From NCBI GenBank assembly GCA_963743815.1, contig CAVURB010000014.1, forward strand, positions 261,719 to 325,718: 64,000 nt of DNA. The letters are read 5' to 3'. The position numbers were made by a program, and so were the translations under genes. Below are positions 58,946 to 64,000 of the stretch, one piece after another. This DNA comes from an uncultured Chloroflexia bacterium. Its GTDB lineage: Bacteria > Chloroflexota > Limnocylindria > Limnocylindrales > CSP1-4. Below the pieces are notes generated by a model. The model did no database searches. It was not told the origin of the DNA and saw only the letters and a list, made by a program, of their open reading frames with translations. The first letter of the stretch is position 1, and every line of letters begins with the position of its first letter.

Positions 58946-61900
58946 CTAGGTCGTGCGCTTCGGTTTCGGTGAGCGTGACCGCCGCACGCTCGGCGTGCCG
59001 GCGACGACCAGTCGGTCGAGACGGTAGCCGGTTGCCGCGGCGGCGGCCGTGAGTCGCTCGACGAGGGCCGTGTCCACGGGCCGCCCCGTCTCGATCGCAT
59101 CCAGTCGGACGGCCCACCCGAGGAGGGCGACGAACCGGTCGCGGTCCAGCCACTCCACGCCTTCCCACGTGTTGATCCCCATCGCGGCGCGGACGGCGTC
59201 GCGGCCGGTCCATCGCTCGAGCAGCCGCGTGTCGCGTGCCGACCCTCGCGCCCGGATCTCCGACGGTCGAGGCAGGGCGAGCAGCACGCGGACCTGGTCG
59301 GTCGCCGCCCACGCCGAGGCCTCGTCGAGACCGCGCCCCGGAACCCGGTCGCGAGCACTGGGGCCAATCGCAACTCGTCGAACCAGGCGGCACTCGTCGC
59401 CCCGATGTCGGCGCCCGGCGCAAGCGCCCCGATCTCGGATAGCGACAACCACCCAAGGAGCGCGGCCCGGTCGCCCCGCGCGAGGGGGCCGACGTCCGCC
59501 GACAGACCGGTGGTCGTTCGGGCGCGGATCGTTGCGGCGAGCCCGGCCGGGTCACCCGCGACGCCGGCCACTCCGGTCGCCTCGACGACACCGGCGAGGA
59601 ACGTCGCGAACCGGCCCTCGAGGACCTCGAGATCGGTCTCGGTCGCCGTCCCGTCGAGGACTGCCGTGACGTGCGATCCGTCGAAGACCGCCCGGAGCGG
59701 TGCGTGGACCGGTTCCAGCTGGAGGTCGCGCAGGGCTGCGTCCAGCGACGGCACGCCGCGACCGCCGAGCCGATCGGCCAGCCGGCGCCACTGGCCCGAC
59801 GACCCGTCCGCGATCTCGCGGAATTCCCAGAACACGTGGCCCTGGTAGGCCTCCAGGGACAACCACAGGCCACGCTCCCAGAGCTCCCGGCACGACCGCA
59901 GGAACTCGAGGCCCGTCCGGGCATCGCGGAATGCCACGTACATCGACGGGTCGTTGGGGAGGCCGAGACCCTCGGCCAGCGACCGCCGAACGAGGCGCTT
60001 CGCACCGGACGCGTTCTTGCGGGCATACGCCGCCGAATCGCGGATGGCGCCGGTCGTGGTCCCGAACCGGTCGTGGTAGATGACCAGCGAACGAGTCGGT
60101 CCGGTCCCGTTGGAGTAGGCGATGACGTGTTCATCCACTCCGCCCCCGTCGCTCACGAAGTCGTAGAGCAGGAACTCGTGTGCCTCGGCGAACCATGCGC
60201 GTCGGTGCAGGAGCGGGAAGATCTCCCGCTCGTGCCGCTCCACGAGCCACGGGTCGGGTCGCTCATCCAGCGTGGCGCGACGGAACTCCATCCCGTACTT
60301 CTCGCCGAACCCCTCCACCTGACCATGGCCCAGCATCGGCAGTCCGGGGATCGTGGCCATGACCATCGCCACGCCGAAGTACTTGTCGCCCTTGCCGAAC
60401 TGCTCGACCGCGGTCTCCTCGTCCGGGTTGCTCATGAAGTTGACGTAGCGCTTGAGGATCTCGGGATCGAACTCGAGGGTCTCCTTGATGAGCCGCCGAT
60501 ACCCGGCACCGTCCTCGTCGCGGAGCATGTGCATGAACGCGCTGTTGTAGACGCGGTGCATCCCGAGCGTCCGGACGAAGTAGCCCTCCAGCATCCAGAA
60601 GGCCTCCGCGAGGAGCAGGGTCCCGGGCACCTCGGCCGCGACGCGGTCCACGACCTCGCGCCAGAACTCGACCGGCATGCGCGCGTCGAACTCCGCCTGG
60701 GACATCGCGTACTGCGCCCGCGACGGGATGCTGTCGCCGGCCCCCGGAACCGGCCACCACAGCCGCTGGATGTGCTTCTTGGCGAGGACCATCGCGGCAT
60801 CGAAGCGGATGACCGGGAACCGGCGGGCGACGTCGAGGATCGTCTGGATGACCTGCTCCCGAACGACCGGGTTGAGGAAGTCCAGCTGGGCCGTGTCGTT
60901 CCAGGGGAAGCTCGTGCCGTCGTTGCCGTGGTAGATGTAGCGGTCCTCGCCGCCCCAGCGATCGAACCGCTTGAACGTGACGGCCGCGTCCGAGTCGTTC
61001 CAGTAGTGATCCTCGAGGACCACGCCGACGCGTTCGTCTGGAGAGAGGTCGGCGCCCGTGTAGGCATAGGCGGGATAGGGCGGCTCCGGCAGCGAGAGGA
61101 ACCATTCCGGGTGCTCGATGACCCAGCGTGAATCGATGCCCATGTGGTTGGGCACCATGTCGCTTGCGAGACGGATGCCGCGCGACCAGGCCCGGTCGCG
61201 GAGGTTCGCGTACGCGCCTTCGCCGCCGATGTCCTCGGCGATCCGGTAGTCGTCGAGCGAGTACGCGCTGGCGACCGCGTCCGCGTTGCCGCGCATCCGC
61301 TTGATCCGTTCCGACGCCACCGAACGCTCCCACAGCCCGATGAGCCACAGGCCGGTCACGCCCCAGCGCGCGAACTGGTCCAGCTCCTCGTCCGGGACGG
61401 CGTCGAGCGTGCGGATGTCGCGTCCGTACCGGCGCGACAGCTGGTCGAGCCACACGTACGTGCTCTTGGCCATCAGGACGAGCCGCGGCATCCACGCCGA
61501 GTCGCTGGAGAACGCCTCCAGCTCCTCGCCAGCCCCCACGAACGATGGCGCCTGGACCTCGCCGCCGAACCCGCCGCCGGCGCCACCACCGAAGCGCAGA
61601 TGGAGGGCGCGCTCCTCCTCCGCGAGGATCCCGATCGCGATGTCGAGCCGAAGCAGCAGCGAATCGAGGACGTCCCCGAGGAGCCCAGCCCAGTGCTCGC
61701 GGATGTAGCGGAGCTGGCCGATCAGCGACGTCGGGACGGCGCGCGCGGGCGACCGCATGAGTTCGATCAGTGAACCGCCACCCGGTACCAGGGCGTCACC
61801 GTCGGCGAAGGCGCGCTCCAGCCCGGCGATGGCGTCCTCATATCGCGTGCCGTCCGCCAGGATCCGGTCGTCGACCAGCTCGCGCAGCGGCCCGAGCGCC

Positions 61901-62334
61901 GGGTTCTCGTTCGCGATCCGCGTCAGCAGGAGCTCCTCGAGCCGCTCCACGGGTGGCTCCGGTGCGGGCCCTCGACCCGGGAACTCCACGCCGTACCGGT
62001 CCAGGAGTCGATCCGCGTCCGGTCCCAGCCGACGCTTGACGTCCTCGAGCGCCGCGGTCATCGCGGCCGGACGGCGCGTGGCCTCGTACCGCGCGATGAG
62101 CAGATGGCCGATCTCGTGGAGGAGGCCGAGTGCCGCGATCTCGCCCGCCACGACGCCAGGGGCACCGGGAGCGCGGTCAGCATTCATCCGCGCGGCCAGT
62201 CGGCGGACCGCGGCGACGTCCGTGACGATGAGATCGCCCCGGATGCCCGTCAGGCCGGCTTCGATCGCGTAGCGCTCACGGGCCGTCCGTCGAACGTGAA
62301 AATCGCGAGACCGGACGACGATGCCGCGCATCAT
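58946..62334 (-). CDS. large (about 1130 aa) alpha-amylase-family (GH13-like) glycoside hydrolase with unknown N- and C-terminal domains, one frame break near 59390
   Basis: Start MMRGIVVRSRDFH at 62334. GH13-like regions: GVTGLWLIGLWE, LASDMVPNHMG, VIRFDAAMVLAKKH, LLLAEAFW, NFMSNPDEET. The C-terminal 160 aa continue in the frame of ORF 58946..59452. Confidence 0.7.
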
Positions 62335-62363
62335 CGAAGCATGGCACGCGAAGCGCGCGACCG

Positions 62364-63404
62364 TCAGGCTTCGACCGCCTCCACCGGCCGATCGGCTGCG
62401 ATGTGCTCGATCGCACGGCGCAGGAGCTCGAGCCCGGATGGGTCGAATTCGTACGACCACGGCCGGACCCGCTCCGGGTGGGCGAGGCCACGGTCCAGGC
62501 CGGCGGCCAGCGCCTCGCGCGACATGAGGATGAGGTCGGCGTTCGCATCGACCCCGGCGAGGGCGTCCGGGTCGCCGATGAGCGCCGGCATGATCTCGAT
62601 GCCGGTGGCGCCCGAGAGCTGCAGGGTCTCGCGCATGTTGTCCGCGCCCCGCTCGCTCGCGCACACGAGCCCGATCCGCGACCCAGCGGGCAGGACCGCG
62701 ATCTCGTGGACGAGCTCGAGGTATCCCGGGCCGACGAGCATCGCCACGACCGGGAGGCGGCCCGCGGCGAGGACCTGGCACTCGTCGGCGTGGAACGTGG
62801 TCGTCGCGACCAGGTCGTAGTGGAAGCGGTCCAGGCGCTCGGGCATCTCGTCGATGAGCGTGCCCTCGGCCTCGATGAGTCCCGGGAATTCGTCCACGAG
62901 CCGCTCGGCGTCGTAGCCCGCATCAGCGCTCGTGCATTCGGCGAACAGGACGCGGACCAGGGGTCCGGGCCGCTTGCGTTCGGTCGCCGCGGCGAAGGTC
63001 GCCGCGGCGACCTCATCGGCGGTGAAGCCGGCGTGGGCGGCGCGGCGGAGCATCTCGGCCACGATCCCGGCGAGGGCCTCGGTGCCGCGGCGCTGCGGCG
63101 GTCGGTCGGCCACGTGGGTGCCGGCACCATGTCGACTCGTGACGTAGCCGGCATCGGCCAAACGTCGATAGACGGCCCGGATCGTGTTGGGGTTCACTCG
63201 GAGTGCCGCTCCCAGTTCCCGGACCGGGGGCAGGCGAGCACCCGGCAGGAGCCGACCGGAGTCGATCTGGTAGGCGAGCTGCCAATAGATCTGGGTCGAG
63301 ATGGGGACGTCGGAATCGCGTTCGACGTCAAGGCTGCCGCCGGCAGTCGACCCCACCGCGGTCCCGGGGCTTGGCTCGTCGATTGACATAGTCAAGTAGT
63401 CCAA
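62364..63404 (-). CDS. GntR-family transcriptional regulator with a large C-terminal effector domain
   Basis: Winged HTH: PISTQIYWQLAYQIDSGRLLPGARLPPVRELGAALRVNPNTIRAVYRRLADAGYVTSRHGAGTHV. The probable start is MSIDEP at 63389. Confidence 0.8.
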   Translation of the reverse strand: MDYLTMSIDEPSPGTAVGSTAGGSLDVERDSDVPISTQIYWQLAYQIDSGRLLPGARLPPVRELGAALRVNPNTIRAVYRRLADAGYVTSRHGAGTHVADRPPQRRGTEALAGIVAEMLRRAAHAGFTADEVAAATFAAATERKRPGPLVRVLFAECTSADAGYDAERLVDEFPGLIEAEGTLIDEMPERLDRFHYDLVATTTFHADECQVLAAGRLPVVAMLVGPGYLELVHEIAVLPAGSRIGLVCASERGADNMRETLQLSGATGIEIMPALIGDPDALAGVDANADLILMSREALAAGLDRGLAHPERVRPWSYEFDPSGLELLRRAIEHIAADRPVEAVEA

Positions 63405-63455
63405 GTTAGGCTGCTGTTTGGCCTAGCCAACTATAGCAACAAGGTAGGTGCCCGC
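63405..63455. promoter_or_regulatory. AT-richer divergent promoter region with the palindrome TTGGC-CTA-GCCAA (63418-63430)
   Basis: This is the only clearly lower-GC stretch in the last 5 kb. The 13-nt palindrome has perfect 5-bp arms and lies between the GntR gene and a small divergent ORF. It is a candidate GntR operator. Confidence 0.4.
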
Positions 63456-63587
63456 ATGATCGGGTTGATCCTCTTCGCAGGCCTCGTGGCCATCCTGGCC
63501 GCGTTCGGCTACGCGTCGATCCGCTGGGGCGTCGACTCCAGGACGTGGACCAACGACGGCCGCGCGATGTCGCTCTTCTCCCGCTAG
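63456..63587 (+). CDS. small hydrophobic peptide (43 aa), below the ORF-track size cut-off
   Basis: My own translation: MIGLILFAGLVAILAAFGYASIRWGVDSRTWTNDGRAMSLFSR*. AAGGTAGG lies 8 nt upstream of the ATG. Confidence 0.4.
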   Translation: MIGLILFAGLVAILAAFGYASIRWGVDSRTWTNDGRAMSLFSR

Positions 63588-63689
63588 TCACGCGACGACC
63601 GGTCCGCCGGTCCACATCGCCCACTCCTCCTCGTCAGCCCGTGGCGCGCAGGCCGCGGGCTGACGGATTCCCGGGGCGCGACGGGGCGG

Positions 63690-64000
63690 TCAGCGCAGGC
63701 GCTGGCCGACGGCGAGCAGGGCCGCGTGCAGCAGTTCCACGCCGTCCTGCCCGCCGGGTCCGTGGACGAGGGCGAGATCCGCGACGAGCCGACGCTCCAG
63801 CGACGAGCCGGCCACGTGGTCCACGAGTCGCGCGGCGCGCGTGGCGGCCCGCAGCGCGCCAGCCGTCTCGACGCGGATCGGGTCGTCCCAGAACCATGCG
63901 CAACTGGCGAACATCGCGAGGCGCCATCGTTGCGCCGCCATCAGCCCGAGGAACGCCGACCGCTGGCCGGCCGTCGACGCGTCGCCGAGCCAGTCGCGGG
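63690..64000 (-). CDS. C-terminal part of a DUF3536-like protein (often fused or adjacent to GH57 enzymes), partial at the right edge
   Basis: ...RDWLGDASTAGQRSAFLGLMAAQRWRLAMFASCAWFWDDPIRVETAGALRAATRAARLVD... The SCAWFWDD motif is recalled from DUF3536. The reading frame remains open to the window end. Confidence 0.45.
   Translation of the reverse strand, partial: RDWLGDASTAGQRSAFLGLMAAQRWRLAMFASCAWFWDDPIRVETAGALRAATRAARLVDHVAGSSLERRLVADLALVHGPGGQDGVELLHAALLAVGQRLR

Noticed and set aside
57742-62781. 1679-aa ORF that looks like a giant protein
   Set aside because: It is a composite. The middle is the GH13-like gene, which starts at 62334. The upstream Arg/Pro-rich part is antisense read-through of the GntR gene. 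The tail runs into the N-terminus of the second MFS gene and then out of frame. Long open frames are expected at this GC content.

Overview
Very GC-rich (by eye about 70%) chromosomal segment. Its gene content suggests Actinomycetota or Chloroflexota: Ni-SOD, many F420/LLM/Ddn-type enzymes, a DarA-type c-di-AMP receptor and a class 1B PyrK/PyrD. I see about 65 protein genes and no rRNA, tRNA, CRISPR array, transposase or integrase. Contents, left to right:
- partial parA plus hypothetical genes
- FAD oxidoreductase, cNMP-binding protein and a PLP decarboxylase
- a pyrimidine block, pyrK-pyrD-[LLM oxidoreductase-vapB-vapC]-pyrE
- a thioredoxin-like lipoprotein and a fused ctaA-ctaB gene
- a beta-CASP RNase
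- a GcvT-like / Rieske N-demethylase-like / FucI-like cluster
- Pat-type acetyltransferase and potABCD, divergent from a darA-like gene
- xthA, a class-V aminotransferase and an ACT-domain pair
- an F420/redox island with MarR-MFS-Rieske, AraC/GlxA, a BBE oxidase and SIS and LLM proteins
- sodN-sodX
- a LysM protein and a TPM-DUF2207 membrane protein
- a heavily frame-broken block (lysA-like, DUF360, proline racemase, GNAT, DUF885, nucleotidyltransferase, DUF4872, MFS)
- a 1130-aa GH13-like enzyme, a GntR regulator and a DUF3536 fragment

The dominant oddity is roughly 60 reading-frame breaks (hand count). They cluster in some blocks while neighbouring blocks of 8-11 kb are intact. This most likely reflects indel errors in the assembly, with recent pseudogenisation as the alternative. 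I found no clearly novel multi-gene system. The best candidates for follow-up are the TA-interrupted pyr operon, the darA/pot/pat locus, the structured 260-nt leader upstream of the demethylase-like cluster, and the marR-MFS-Rieske operon.
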